Assembly: GCF_964355755.1 (NCBI RefSeq)
Contig: NC_092675.1
Coordinates: 15,658,912 to 15,722,911 of the forward strand
Source of the DNA: Antedon mediterranea
Lineage: Eukaryota; Animalia; Echinodermata
DNA: 64,000 bases
Direction: 5' to 3'
Positions 63,863-64,000 of this stretch are shown here, in pieces. Positions within the stretch are counted from its first letter, which is position 1, and every line of letters begins with the position of its first letter. The position numbers and the translations under genes are program-made. Below the pieces are notes generated by a model. The model did not search any database. It was not told the DNA's origin and saw nothing but the letters and a program-made list of their open reading frames with translations.

Positions 63863-64000
63863 TTTTATCCTTTGCTTTACTGTGCTTTGATTTGATAAGC
63901 AAGTTTGGTTGCCCCGCCCCCATATGCTGCCTACTAAATTAGGATTCCCTAGCTTTTCTATAAAAATTGAAGTACCCACAATGCACGTTATACGGAAGTC

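Noticed and set aside
57057-63942. Repetitive ORFs (MLYIVKFILFF...) as a repeat protein
   Set aside because: The 106-bp unit is not a multiple of 3; the ORFs open only where chance indels bridge stop codons.

Overview
AT-rich eukaryotic (animal) genomic DNA, probably from a marine invertebrate; an echinoderm-like origin is only an inference. I reconstructed two intact spliced genes by hand: RNF170 (ER-membrane RING E3 ligase, 5 coding exons, + strand, 22966-28211, 255 aa) and a rhabdomeric/melanopsin-type opsin (3 coding exons, - strand, 38576-36064, 410 aa). The rest is dense with mobile DNA. It includes: a stack of Helentron-associated (HINE/DINE-1-like) elements at 1-6763 with a near-identical solo copy upstream of the opsin; a HINE carrying two tRNA-Val(AAC) copies; a 10.3-kb dead P-superfamily (THAP/THAP9-like) transposon with exact 8-bp TSDs, holding two inverted ~3.9-kb TTAA (Kolobok-like) elements and a 9-bp-TSD MULE-like MITE; LINE fragments; a Penelope-like fragment with a minimal hammerhead ribozyme; and two oppositely oriented 106-bp satellite arrays around an 87-bp satellite. 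The most unusual signal is a set of small palindromic insertions at TA sites (TA-GGCC-TA, TA-CTG-TA, TA-CGG-TA), visible as insertions against satellite consensus units and clustered next to first exons. There are also TSD-flanked 20-bp palindromes that look like P-element excision scars. Most entries in the supplied ORF track are spurious translations of repeats.
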